Virus record (IMG/VR): IMGVR_UViG_3300005436_000012
Source: a virus
DNA: 64,000 nucleotides
Strand: one strand, 5' to 3'
Positions 34,459 through 44,258 of the stretch are shown here, piece by piece. How positions within the stretch are numbered: the stretch's first letter is position 1; every line of letters begins with the position of its first letter. The notes under the pieces were generated by a model. The model saw nothing but the letters and a program-made list of their open reading frames with translations, did no database searches and had not been told where the DNA came from. Position numbers and translations under genes: made by a program.

Positions 34459-36902
34459 TCAGAAAAGTAGTTTTATTCCTTCTCGTCGCTGGGTTGCCAG
34501 GTTTCGCGCAGAGCAAAGATGCTCTTGGCGGATTAAGCAGCGTTACCCTCTCGGGCCATCCGGCCAAGCAAGCCGCGACCTGTAGCCAGTCAAGTACCAC
34601 TCAGACCTGTACGGTTACAACCGGCTCGGCATTTCTTCTCAATGAACCGATAGTGATCTCAGGAAGCGGCACGGCGATGGACTGGGTATTCGATGGTACG
34701 GATGCCCTGGTCGGCGCCAGCAAAATCACCAACATCGTTGGGAACACTTTGACGCTGACGGCCCATGCCTCGGCCACCGCAGGCTCGACCGCTGGCACAA
34801 TCGCTCCCGCTTTTTACTACCCCGAACTCAAGAGCGGAAGATGGTGGCTCGCCAATCCCTTTAACCACGGAATGTTCGTTGAAGGCGTCGGCCCAATTAC
34901 TCTGATCGGAACTTCAAAGTACGGCTGTGCGGGCGGTCAGTGCACTGCGGCGGCCAATGCCATTTTCAGCGAAATGAAGTCCTGGAACTTCAACGCCATC
35001 GGTAATGACGTTAGTGGTTTCTTCTCCCCGGTTGGCGGCTCCTGTAGCGGAGCCTGCGGGCCGCTTCCCCAATTGATGAACGACTCGGGCGATCTCTACT
35101 CGATTATCGCCACCATCCCAGGCGGGACGTTCGCGGCTTACGGCACTCACCCGGTAAAAGACTTGTCTCTGTGCATTAACCCCACGCAGATGACGGCCTC
35201 ATTTGCCTCGTTCCTGGACTACTTCGATTCCGGGTTCTCCGCCTTCCTCACCCAGTTCTTCGCCGGGTTCGGAGGGGCGGTCGCGCTTAGCAACAACCCC
35301 ATGATCATCGGCGTGTCGGTCGGAAGCGCGGATCAATTCTACGGGCTGGGGGCAGGGCCGGATTTCGATACCGTCCCGGCTGGCCGGAATCAAAGCGACA
35401 TGGGGCTTCTGGTGTCTGTCACTTCGCCGCTGCTGACCTTCACGTCCAACACTGCATATGCCGGTCTTTCGACTCCCTACGCTGACCCTAAGAATTACTC
35501 ACGCACAGGCGCGGCCTACAATCCTTACGGCAATTCAACGACTGGCTCTCCACCGGCTACCTGCCAGATCTCTACGCCCTGCACATATCGCGACTACATG
35601 GCCAAGAAATACGGGACCATCGGGGCACTCAATACGGCCTGGGGAACGAGCTACACAACCTTCGACAGTTCGGCTACCGTAGTCACTGCCGAAACGTTCG
35701 GAACAGGGACCGGCGTTCAGCTTACCTTCAATCACACCTTTGCCTCAACGCCAGATCCCAATTCCATTCAGATCAAGTTAGCGGGAACTGTCATCGGCGG
35801 CGACTGCCCCGCCTTTCGAGCATTCAATCCTTGCGCGGCAGGAACCGGCAAAGGCTTCCTGGGTGGCACCAACATCACCCTCACGTCCAGTTCGGTAACT
35901 TATGCGACCGGAGTCGCGACGATTGTGTTCTCAGCCGCGCCTGTCAATGGTGCGGCGATCACGGTCAACTACACCCATAACGGATGGGGGCCGAACGGTA
36001 CTGGCTTAATGGATGAAGATGGCCGGAGCGCCACCCTCACAGGCCACAACGGTATTTGCCTGCTTCCGGTGGCCGACCCCACGACTCCTGGAACCGATGG
36101 CTATGCCTGCCGTCCCGGCAATCCAGGGAGCCAGTTAGCGCCGGATGCCAACGCCACATTCGCCGCTGATGTAGAAGGCTGGATCTCTCAGTACGTCAGC
36201 CAATACGAAAGCTCCATTAAGACGAGTTTCAAGGCGGTCAATCCGCATCTGCTATTGTTTAGCCCCGAAACCACCGGCACCTGGGGTGCTCCTCCGAACC
36301 GGCGCATTATCGACGGAATGGCTCCGTATGTAGACGTCTCGTTCCACAACGTTTTGATGACACAGCCTTCGACAGCGCAGGGGCAGGCTATGTACGCCTA
36401 TATGTCGAAAGAGTTCACGGGTCCGATGTTCAATCTCGACTTTCCCAACGCCTGTAACGATTCGGCGACGGCGGGTGTGGAACTGGGGCTTAACTGTTCG
36501 AATGACTTCAATCAGGCCACGCAGCCTCTACGAGCAGCGCAATACTACTCGACTGTCAACGCCATGCTGAACAATCTCAGCTTCAATTCTACGCACCAAT
36601 GGATTGGCTTGGATTGGTGGCAGTTACACGACAACGACGGCCCCGACAACCCGATGAACAATTGGGGCCTGTGTGACGCGAGCGACAATTGTTACAACGC
36701 TCACGATGCCGTAGCTGGCACAGTCGCTTGCGCCGCACCTCTCGCGGCCTTTACCTGCGGCTCCGAACCTGCTCCTGGTGGATCGGCAGTGCGGCCGTTC
36801 GGAGATTTATTCGGTGGATTAACCGGGGTTACGGCGGCCAATGCTTTGTGGTTTGGGTCGGTCCTGGCCGCGCCGCTCAATCAATTTCCCAGAGTCCAGT
36901 AA
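34455..36902 (+). CDS. secreted large protein with glycoside-hydrolase-like (GH42/GH35-type) segment
   Basis: Signal peptide MIRKVVLFLLVAGLPGFAQS; RDYMAKKYGTIGALNTAWGTSYTTF resembles a GH42-type motif; weak. Confidence 0.35.
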   Translation: MIRKVVLFLLVAGLPGFAQSKDALGGLSSVTLSGHPAKQAATCSQSSTTQTCTVTTGSAFLLNEPIVISGSGTAMDWVFDGTDALVGASKITNIVGNTLTLTAHASATAGSTAGTIAPAFYYPELKSGRWWLANPFNHGMFVEGVGPITLIGTSKYGCAGGQCTAAANAIFSEMKSWNFNAIGNDVSGFFSPVGGSCSGACGPLPQLMNDSGDLYSIIATIPGGTFAAYGTHPVKDLSLCINPTQMTASFASFLDYFDSGFSAFLTQFFAGFGGAVALSNNPMIIGVSVGSADQFYGLGAGPDFDTVPAGRNQSDMGLLVSVTSPLLTFTSNTAYAGLSTPYADPKNYSRTGAAYNPYGNSTTGSPPATCQISTPCTYRDYMAKKYGTIGALNTAWGTSYTTFDSSATVVTAETFGTGTGVQLTFNHTFASTPDPNSIQIKLAGTVIGGDCPAFRAFNPCAAGTGKGFLGGTNITLTSSSVTYATGVATIVFSAAPVNGAAITVNYTHNGWGPNGTGLMDEDGRSATLTGHNGICLLPVADPTTPGTDGYACRPGNPGSQLAPDANATFAADVEGWISQYVSQYESSIKTSFKAVNPHLLLFSPETTGTWGAPPNRRIIDGMAPYVDVSFHNVLMTQPSTAQGQAMYAYMSKEFTGPMFNLDFPNACNDSATAGVELGLNCSNDFNQATQPLRAAQYYSTVNAMLNNLSFNSTHQWIGLDWWQLHDNDGPDNPMNNWGLCDASDNCYNAHDAVAGTVACAAPLAAFTCGSEPAPGGSAVRPFGDLFGGLTGVTAANALWFGSVLAAPLNQFPRVQ

Positions 36903-36908
36903 ACAACC

Positions 36909-37400
36909 ATGTCAACCGCTTCCGAACTCCTCGGCTCCAAAGTAAATCTGACCTTCGCGGCCGGCGCCCAGACGCTGGCGACGAGCGCTACTGTAGGCAC
37001 ACAGGCGGCGGCGGTGGATGCAACGGCGGCCGGACCGTCCCTGCCACTCGACACGCAGATTCAGGGAACGATCACGGTGGGGGTGGTCTCGGGCAATAAA
37101 AGAATTCTGTTTTATGTCGCCGGCTCGTTCGACGGCGGAACAACGTATTCGCTTGGAAACGGCGCGAACGTGGTCACCCCGGGAGCGCAAGCGTTCACGC
37201 GCGCCGATCCAGCCGGCAAAGCGGCCTTCATTCTGCCCGTGCCCAACGCCAGCGTACAGTACACGTTCGATTTTCCGGTGGCCTTGAATTTTTCGGGATC
37301 TCATCCCGATCATTGGGCCCTCGCGGTCTTCAACGACTCCGGGGTAGCCATTACACAGATCGCCGCCTGGTACAAGGAAGTCCGCGTCAGCGTGGTTTGA
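36909..37400 (+). CDS. hypothetical protein
   Basis: 163-aa ORF. Confidence 0.4.
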   Translation: MSTASELLGSKVNLTFAAGAQTLATSATVGTQAAAVDATAAGPSLPLDTQIQGTITVGVVSGNKRILFYVAGSFDGGTTYSLGNGANVVTPGAQAFTRADPAGKAAFILPVPNASVQYTFDFPVALNFSGSHPDHWALAVFNDSGVAITQIAAWYKEVRVSVV

Positions 37401-37422
37401 AAAACAAGGAATTCATTCACAA

Positions 37423-38451
37423 ATGTTGTCCTGCGTAACCTATCGGGATTTCGCCCAACTCGCCCAACGCGTGCCGGCTGGCCTTCGATTGCCAGTGGCG
37501 CACCCGGTTTACAGGGATCTGATCGTCGGTCATACGTTCCGCCGAAAATTTATCCCGAAATTCTCGGAGAGTTGGTACGCAGCGAGCCTCATGCGCAACG
37601 CGATCACCAATTATGACGGGATCATTTCGGCCCGGGCTGCCGGTCAGCAGAACGATGTATGGGTTTTCAAAACGACATCCATCACCTCCGCTGCCGCGGC
37701 CACCTGGTATTCGCTCTTCAAATCAGCCGGCCAGCCCGCCGCCATAGCCCCGGCTGGAGTGACGGGAGGATCGGTGATGAACAGCGCGTCGACCGGAGCT
37801 ATTCCGATTGCCGATCCGCCCAGCGGGAACCGTTATTTGTTGACAACCGGGGTTTCAGTCCCCTCGGCCACGGGCTTTGCGGTCATGATGCTGGTCGATT
37901 TGCTGTGGGCCGCCGGAGCTGTTTCGGTCGCGTCGTCCCCGGTGACGGTTACCGGTTCAACGGTAGTCCGGTTTACCAACACCAGCACTCCGAACGCCGT
38001 GGGAAACATGCTGGCCGTCTGCATCAACGCCACCATTGGTGCCGTGGCTATCAATCCGGTATTCACCTACACCAATCAAGGAGCTACCGGCTCACGAACT
38101 TCGGCGACCTGCACGGTCGCGGCCTCGGGCGCGGCACAGCGTATCTTCCCTGCCGATGTAGCAGCGACAACCTTGCAATCCGGTGATACCGGCTTGATCT
38201 CGGTCCAGTCGTTCACCTGCTCGACCACCACGGGGACGATCGATCTCTATATCTATCGTCCGCTCATGTTGATTCCGACGATCGCCGCCAACACTTTTGT
38301 AGAACGGGATTCCACGGTGCAAATTGACGGCATCCAGCAATTGGTAGCCGGGTCGGACGCTCATATCGGATGTCTAGGATTCCTGGCGCTGCCGGGCGGC
38401 ACCAGCGCATGCGCGACACAAGAGGCTTACCTCCGCACCTGTTACGGATAG
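37423..38451 (+). CDS. hypothetical protein
   Basis: 342-aa ORF, Ser/Thr/Ala-rich. Confidence 0.4.
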   Translation: MLSCVTYRDFAQLAQRVPAGLRLPVAHPVYRDLIVGHTFRRKFIPKFSESWYAASLMRNAITNYDGIISARAAGQQNDVWVFKTTSITSAAAATWYSLFKSAGQPAAIAPAGVTGGSVMNSASTGAIPIADPPSGNRYLLTTGVSVPSATGFAVMMLVDLLWAAGAVSVASSPVTVTGSTVVRFTNTSTPNAVGNMLAVCINATIGAVAINPVFTYTNQGATGSRTSATCTVAASGAAQRIFPADVAATTLQSGDTGLISVQSFTCSTTTGTIDLYIYRPLMLIPTIAANTFVERDSTVQIDGIQQLVAGSDAHIGCLGFLALPGGTSACATQEAYLRTCYG

Positions 38452-38465
38452 GAGCATTCGTTTAG

Positions 38466-41400
38466 ATGCTCCACTACGGAAATGATGCAGGGTTCAACGT
38501 ACCCGACGGTCCAGGAGCTAGCGTTGACCCTTTCGAACAAGAGTTTCAGCGCTACCCATCCAGCAACACCGGGCGATTTAAGCGATGGATGGGCTCGCCG
38601 GCGGGATTCCGGCCGCCGCCATTTTCGCTAGAAGGCAATGCCCTAAGTGAGCCTGATCAATGGTTGCCGAACGAGGCGCCGCAGACTAATTTTGCTTTCC
38701 CAAAACTCGCAGCCGCGGCTGTTCTGCTTGCGACGCTCACGGCCTGCGCGTTCACGGCGCCGTTACCTGGACCGGCGCCCGAATCGGAAGTCAACGCCTG
38801 GTCCCAACAACCAGCCAGTAACTTAAAAAAGTTTGTTCTCCGGACGCTTAGCAGCGGTTCGGAGATCGTCACCGTCGACAAGTGGCATCCGGAACTCGCC
38901 CGGCCACGCTATGACGTCGCGCGCGGCCAATATCTCTATCCGGCGTTTCTCTACACCCAACCGGTTCCGGCACTAGAGCGGACGACGCCCGACAAGTGGG
39001 CGCCCGAGATTCAGCGCCCGCGTTTTGACGTCTCTCGCGCGCAGTATCTCTCTCAGACCGGCGCGATCCCCGATCAGCAGCAGAAGCCGGATCTGGATTC
39101 CTGGGTTCCCGAAGTCCGCCAGCCGCAGTTCGATGTCGGGCGAAGGCAGTATCTCTATCCGGCGGGCGTCCTGCCCGACCAACAGCAGAAGCCGGATCTG
39201 GATTCCTGGGTCCCCGAAGTACGGCAGCCGCAGTTCGATACCGCTCGGCGTCAGTACGTTTATCCGCCCGCTCCCATCGGTCCGGTTGTGGCCGTTTTCC
39301 TAGAGCGGACGACGGTCGATAAGTACGATCCCGGCACGGAACGGCCACGCTTTGATCTGGCGCGGCTCCAGTATCTCGCTCCGAACTTCTTCCCGGATCC
39401 GTTCCCGAGAACCCCATCGATCGAAACGATCACGATCGATAAATGGCATCTGGAAATTCAGAGGCCGCGCTTTGATCTGGGGCGGAGCCAGTATCTTTAC
39501 CCGGCCGCTGTCCTACCCGATCAGCAGCAGAAGCCGGATCTCGATTCCTGGGTCCCCGAACTCCGGCAGCCGCAGTTCGATACCGCGCGCAAACAGTATC
39601 TTTATCCATCGCACGCGGCACCGGTTTCGAGCGTATTCAGCGAGCGGACGACGCCCGACAAGTGGGCGCCCGAGATTCAGCGCCCGCAGTTCGACGTCGG
39701 GCGAAGGCAGTATCTCTATCCCGCCGGGATAGTTCCCGATCAGCAGCAGAAGCCGGATCTCGATTCCTGGGTCCCCGAAGTTCGCCAGCCGCAGTTCGAT
39801 GTCGGGCGAAGGCAGTATCTCTATCCGGCGCACATCGGGCCGATCTCGCCAGTCGTAAAAGAACGATCGACCCCGGATAAATACGACCCGGGAATCGCTC
39901 AACCGCGCTTCGACCTGGCTCGCCGGCAGGATCTGTATCCGCCACACACCGGGCCAGTTGCCCCGCCGTTAGCGGTAGTAGTCATCCCGGTCGAGCCGGA
40001 AATAAACCGCTGGTCGCAGCTGCCCTATCGCAGCCTCAAACAATGGGTTATCCGGACCTTCCAGAATCCAGCGATCTATTCACGCTGGCAGCCGGAGGGA
40101 AATCAGCCGCGCTTCGATGTCTCCCGGCGGCAGTATCTCTATCCGGTACAGGCTGGCCCGATCGCGACCGTCTTCGTAGAAACGAACAAGGTCGATAAGT
40201 GGCATCCGGAGATTCAAAGGCCGCGCTTCGATCTGGTGCGCCGGCAGGATCTCTATCAGGTTCATGGCGCGCCGATTGCGACGCGTTTCACCGAGCGTAG
40301 CGAGCAGTCCGATAAATGGGCGAGCGCGATCGAGCAGCCGCAATTTGATCTTTCCCGGCGCCAGTTCATCGTTCCGGCAGTTTCCTTCGCTTGGCCGGTT
40401 CCGACCGTCATTGAAATCAGTACGGTCGACAAATGGGTCCCGGCCGTTGAACAGCCGCAATTCGATCAAAAGCGCCAGCAAGTTCTTTCCGAGCCGCTTA
40501 CTTTATCCAGCTATCCGACGCTGGCATCGCTGCCGCTCCAGACCCCGGATAAATGGTGGCAGCCAACTCCGGATCCCGTCCGGCCAATCGATTCGCGCGC
40601 CCATCTGGACGCTGCGTCGCTGTTCATCTTCCCGCAGCCTGCCATGCAGGCCGCCGGCGGCGCGAACGCCATCACGCTGGCCTGGAAATTCGTCCACGTC
40701 GGCACGAAATCGTTTGAGCCGGTTTTAGTTCCCAATAACTGGCGCGAACGCAGCACTCCGGATAAATGGCATCCGGAAATTCAGCGGCCCAGATTCGACC
40801 AGGTCCGCCGGCAGGATCTCTATCCGGCGCTCACGAATCCCGTGGCGCCGTTGTTCGTGTCGGTTCCCTACGCCGACAAGTTCCATCCGGAAATTCAGCG
40901 GCCGCGCTTCGAGCCCAAGCGCCATCAGTATCTTTATCCGGGTTATAGCGGTCCGGTCTCAAAGGTTTTTCCAGAGACTGCGAGTGCCGACCGCTGGCAT
41001 CCGGGGATCGAGCGTCCGCGGTTTGATTTAGGACGCAGGCAGCAGCTTTACCCCGCGCATGCCGGGCCAGCAACAATACTGTTCCAAGAGACAGTATCGG
41101 CCGACCGTTGGTATCTGGAAATCCAGCGCCCGCGCTTCGACGTCAGCCGGGTACAATATCTCGGCGAGGCCTCGCCGTTCCTGTTCCAGCCGTTCCCTTC
41201 GTCGGCCAAAGGGCCCTCCGGCAAAGCGGGCGTCCAGGTCCTGGTCTGGAAACGCGGCAGCGCGGGCTCGAAATCGTTTGAGCCGGTTTTAGTCCCGAAC
41301 AATTGGATCGAGCGCAGTAGCGCTGACAAATGGCACCCGGCCATCGAGCAGCCACAGTTCGATGCCAAGCGCCTGCAGGCCCTGTATGAACCGGCTTCGT

Positions 41401-42836
41401 TCAACCCGAAGCCCTTCATATCGCCGATTTTTGCGGATCGCTGGTTCCGTCTGGCCGAGGAGCCGCGCTTTGACGTCTCCCGGCGGCAGTACATCACCGG
41501 GCCGGTTCTCGAGCTCGCCCAGGCCCAGCGCCAGGAGAATCCGTGGCCCGACCGTTGGGCTCCGCGCACCGAAGCGCCGCTCTACGATTCCAAGCGCATC
41601 CAGGGGCTCTACGAGCCTTCGGCTTTCTTCCCGCGGCCGTTCCCGAATGCGGTCACGCTCGATCAATGGTTCCCGGGCGTCGATCAGCCGCGTTTCGATC
41701 TGCGCAGGCTGCAAGCGGTTTATGAGCTGTTCTCGACGGACGCCTTCCCGCGCCCGGCGATCATTCTGGTCGACCGCTGGTTCCGTTTAACGGAAGAGCC
41801 GCGCTTCGATCTTTCCCGGCGGCAGTACATTACCGGGCCGGTCCTTGAATTGGCCCCGGCGCAGCGCGCCGAGACCGCCAAGGTCGATGAGTGGTATCCG
41901 GGCATCCAACAGCCCCTGTTCGACCTGAAACGTCTGCAGGCGGGCTACGAGCCTACTTCGTTCAATCCGCGGCCCCTCGCTTCGCCGATCTTCCTCGAGC
42001 GATGGTATCCGGGCGTTGTCCAGGCCCTGTTCGATTCGCCGCGCCGGCAGTGGATCTATCCCTGCTTCTTCCCGGATCCGCTGCCGCGAATTTTCGTATT
42101 CGCCGATCGCTGGCACCCCGCGATCGAACAGAAAGCTGCGGATCTCAAACGGCTTCAGCATCTTTATCCGCCGTTTGTCCTGGATGGCATTCCGCGCATC
42201 GAGCCGGTTTCGCTCGATAAATTCCATCCGCTGATCGAGCTGCCGCGCTTCGACATCAAGCGCGTCCAGTTCCTCTCTCCGGCGTTCATCTTACAGCTCT
42301 CCCAGCCGGCGCATGTCGAGATCACGACCGCCGACCGCTGGCATCCGGAGATTCAACGTCCGCGCTTCGATCTGAAGCGGCTCCAGTATCTCTATCCGGA
42401 GCTCGCCCGCCAGCCCTTGCCGGTCCGGCACCGCCACCGGCCGCCGCGCCTGGTGGCAGCCAATAACCGGATGTTCATCGTTCCGGCGCAAAACCGGATT
42501 TTTGAAGTGTCCGCCCGGTCCCGAATTTTCCTGGTTCAACTCATGCCGCAACCGCCCGCGCCTCCGCGTGAAAACAAAACGCCCAAGGAGCAGCTCGATT
42601 GCGGATTTGACTGGACGCTTTGGCTCAATGGCGACACGATCGTCACTTCTACCTGGGCCTTCGATCCGGGGCTGGCGAACGTCGCGACGGCTATCAACAA
42701 TAACGTGACCACCATCTGGCTCTCGGGCGGAGCGGCCGGCGTTTCTTACGCGGTCACCAATACGATCACGACCGCCTCGACGCCGGCGCGAACCGGGATC
42801 CGGACGTTGTACGTCGATTGCGCGGCAACTCTTTAA
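38466..42836 (+). CDS. giant repeat protein (1456 aa) of about 29 tandem Trp/Pro-rich 35-45-aa units
   Basis: Unit consensus DKW(H/A/V)PEIQRPRFD(V/L)xRRQYLYP; internal lipobox-like LLATLTAC near residue 90; globular Thr/Asn-rich C-terminal about 100 aa. Confidence 0.6.
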   Translation: MLHYGNDAGFNVPDGPGASVDPFEQEFQRYPSSNTGRFKRWMGSPAGFRPPPFSLEGNALSEPDQWLPNEAPQTNFAFPKLAAAAVLLATLTACAFTAPLPGPAPESEVNAWSQQPASNLKKFVLRTLSSGSEIVTVDKWHPELARPRYDVARGQYLYPAFLYTQPVPALERTTPDKWAPEIQRPRFDVSRAQYLSQTGAIPDQQQKPDLDSWVPEVRQPQFDVGRRQYLYPAGVLPDQQQKPDLDSWVPEVRQPQFDTARRQYVYPPAPIGPVVAVFLERTTVDKYDPGTERPRFDLARLQYLAPNFFPDPFPRTPSIETITIDKWHLEIQRPRFDLGRSQYLYPAAVLPDQQQKPDLDSWVPELRQPQFDTARKQYLYPSHAAPVSSVFSERTTPDKWAPEIQRPQFDVGRRQYLYPAGIVPDQQQKPDLDSWVPEVRQPQFDVGRRQYLYPAHIGPISPVVKERSTPDKYDPGIAQPRFDLARRQDLYPPHTGPVAPPLAVVVIPVEPEINRWSQLPYRSLKQWVIRTFQNPAIYSRWQPEGNQPRFDVSRRQYLYPVQAGPIATVFVETNKVDKWHPEIQRPRFDLVRRQDLYQVHGAPIATRFTERSEQSDKWASAIEQPQFDLSRRQFIVPAVSFAWPVPTVIEISTVDKWVPAVEQPQFDQKRQQVLSEPLTLSSYPTLASLPLQTPDKWWQPTPDPVRPIDSRAHLDAASLFIFPQPAMQAAGGANAITLAWKFVHVGTKSFEPVLVPNNWRERSTPDKWHPEIQRPRFDQVRRQDLYPALTNPVAPLFVSVPYADKFHPEIQRPRFEPKRHQYLYPGYSGPVSKVFPETASADRWHPGIERPRFDLGRRQQLYPAHAGPATILFQETVSADRWYLEIQRPRFDVSRVQYLGEASPFLFQPFPSSAKGPSGKAGVQVLVWKRGSAGSKSFEPVLVPNNWIERSSADKWHPAIEQPQFDAKRLQALYEPASFNPKPFISPIFADRWFRLAEEPRFDVSRRQYITGPVLELAQAQRQENPWPDRWAPRTEAPLYDSKRIQGLYEPSAFFPRPFPNAVTLDQWFPGVDQPRFDLRRLQAVYELFSTDAFPRPAIILVDRWFRLTEEPRFDLSRRQYITGPVLELAPAQRAETAKVDEWYPGIQQPLFDLKRLQAGYEPTSFNPRPLASPIFLERWYPGVVQALFDSPRRQWIYPCFFPDPLPRIFVFADRWHPAIEQKAADLKRLQHLYPPFVLDGIPRIEPVSLDKFHPLIELPRFDIKRVQFLSPAFILQLSQPAHVEITTADRWHPEIQRPRFDLKRLQYLYPELARQPLPVRHRHRPPRLVAANNRMFIVPAQNRIFEVSARSRIFLVQLMPQPPAPPRENKTPKEQLDCGFDWTLWLNGDTIVTSTWAFDPGLANVATAINNNVTTIWLSGGAAGVSYAVTNTITTASTPARTGIRTLYVDCAATL
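38877..42420 (+). repeat. in-frame tandem coding repeat array (about 29 units, many near-identical at DNA level)
   Basis: Recurring cagcagcagaagccggatctggattcctgggtccccgaagtccgccagccgcagttcgat-type units. Confidence 0.7.
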
Positions 42837-43231
42837 TCGATCTCGATGCGTTAAAACTTTTCGCGATTCTTTTTCATGCCAAACCCACCCATCCAAGGAT
42901 CCGAATTCGGGCAGGGGGAATTCGGGGACTCGCTGTTCAACGCCCCCGCGCCCGCTACTACGCCCGCGCTGATCTATGTCGCCGAGTGCCCGGTGGTCGT
43001 CATCCGCTTCCAGGATTCGGTCCTGCTCTAGGCGTGTCCCGGTAATCAGCGAGAAGGATGCAACCGACCATGGGATCGAAGGTGCACATATCTATTTTCC
43101 CTGGCGGCCGCAAACGAAGCCTGCCTCGTTCTTGTTTTGCAATTCTCACAGCGTCCTCGACATTTCCAAACGGGACCAAGACCGTACCGTCGGCTAGATC
43201 AATGAAGAACATAGCCCGAATTTAACAACAA

Positions 43232-43430
43232 ATGAAGAAGTTCCTGCTCTTCGTATTATTCGCGACCCTGGCGATAGCCCAAAACCCGAACACCGCCCGC
43301 TGGCCCGGCAGCGTCGCCACCGACACCGATCTGCTCGTGGCGGGCCAATCTCTATCCGGAGCTCGCCCGCCAGCCCTTGCCGGTCCGGCTTGGCTGCCAC
43401 CAGGCGCGGCGGCCGGTGGCGGTTTAGCGC
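43232..43430 (+). pseudogene. truncated N-terminal fragment of the AQNPNTARWP family fused to a fold-back copy of the giant repeat gene 3' end
   Basis: MKKFLLFVLFATLAIAQNPNTARWPGSVATDTDLLVAGQ, then 43345-43393 identical to about 42395-42441, then reverse complement of about 42443-42477. Confidence 0.45.
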
Positions 43431-44134
43431 CACGCGGACGATCGGATGAGCAGAACAACGGCCAAGGCGACCGGAAAGAAGTAAGCCGGTTCTGGAGTAG
43501 GCAAAGGATCGGCGGGTGGCTCAATCAGCAAGGTAGATTTAGCATATCCTACGCCGTTTCCGCCACCAGTCACTTCGACATCGGCTTGATAGGAGAATGG
43601 GACGCCCAATTGAATCGGCTCTGTGAGCACGATCTGGCGGGTCGTGAACGGTGGCGCTTCCCAGTTGTAACCGTACTTCGAATCCGACCAGATCTCGACT
43701 CCATTCCACCAGAAGTCGGCTGTGGCGTTCTCCCAAGCGGTCAGATCGTTTCCTGCCCCGACGGTCCAGTCCAGCGTGAAGGTCACTTGAGCGGGACCAG
43801 TGCCGTCAAACAATCCCGTATCGGTTGCCGTGGATTTGAAATCGAAACTGGATCGCATGAGAATTCCGTTGTAGCGTCCGCCTTGGCCGACGCTCGCCGA
43901 AAGCGAACCAGCGCCACCGGAGACGCTAGGGCCGACGTAGAGCGGGTCGCTAGCGGGGCAATCCAGATCGATGCCGGTTCCCGTGGCTGTATAGCTTTTG
44001 GTCATGCCCTCAGTGGGCGCCGTCTGACCAATATATTGGCATTGGATCGAAGCCGATCCGCTGTCGGTGAAGGTGGGTGTGGCGACAAGTATTGGCGCGA
44101 GGGCCAGCCATGTGAAAAACTTGAGATTGGGCAT
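43424..44134 (-). CDS. PEP-CTERM sorting-signal protein (exosortase substrate), antisense to the late operon
   Basis: Signal peptide MPNLKFFTWLALAPILVA; C-terminus PLPTPEPAYFFPVALAVVLLIRSSAWR = PEP motif + TM + basic tail; AAGGAAG RBS. Confidence 0.6.
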   Translation of the reverse strand: MPNLKFFTWLALAPILVATPTFTDSGSASIQCQYIGQTAPTEGMTKSYTATGTGIDLDCPASDPLYVGPSVSGGAGSLSASVGQGGRYNGILMRSSFDFKSTATDTGLFDGTGPAQVTFTLDWTVGAGNDLTAWENATADFWWNGVEIWSDSKYGYNWEAPPFTTRQIVLTEPIQLGVPFSYQADVEVTGGGNGVGYAKSTLLIEPPADPLPTPEPAYFFPVALAVVLLIRSSAWR

Positions 44135-44258
44135 CGAAGAATCTTCCTTTCTCGGTGCTCTTAAGGGCAAGGTCGACGAAACCGATCTTGCCCGCGTCCA
44201 CATTCTACTACATTCCGCTTTGTAAACCTTTTTTTTCAAGTTATTTTTCAACAAATAA

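Noticed and set aside
38877-42420. Regularly spaced near-identical DNA repeats that at first glance resemble a CRISPR array
   Set aside because: The units are in-frame and of variable length (105-135 nt). They form one continuous 1456-aa ORF with a conserved peptide motif. There are no fixed-length direct repeats with unique spacers and no cas genes.
38466-42836. Tape-measure protein assignment for the 1456-aa repeat protein
   Set aside because: Tape-measure proteins are predominantly alpha-helical. This protein is Pro-rich throughout, has a lipobox-like signal region and sits among Sec-secreted proteins. I keep it as an unclassified repeat protein.
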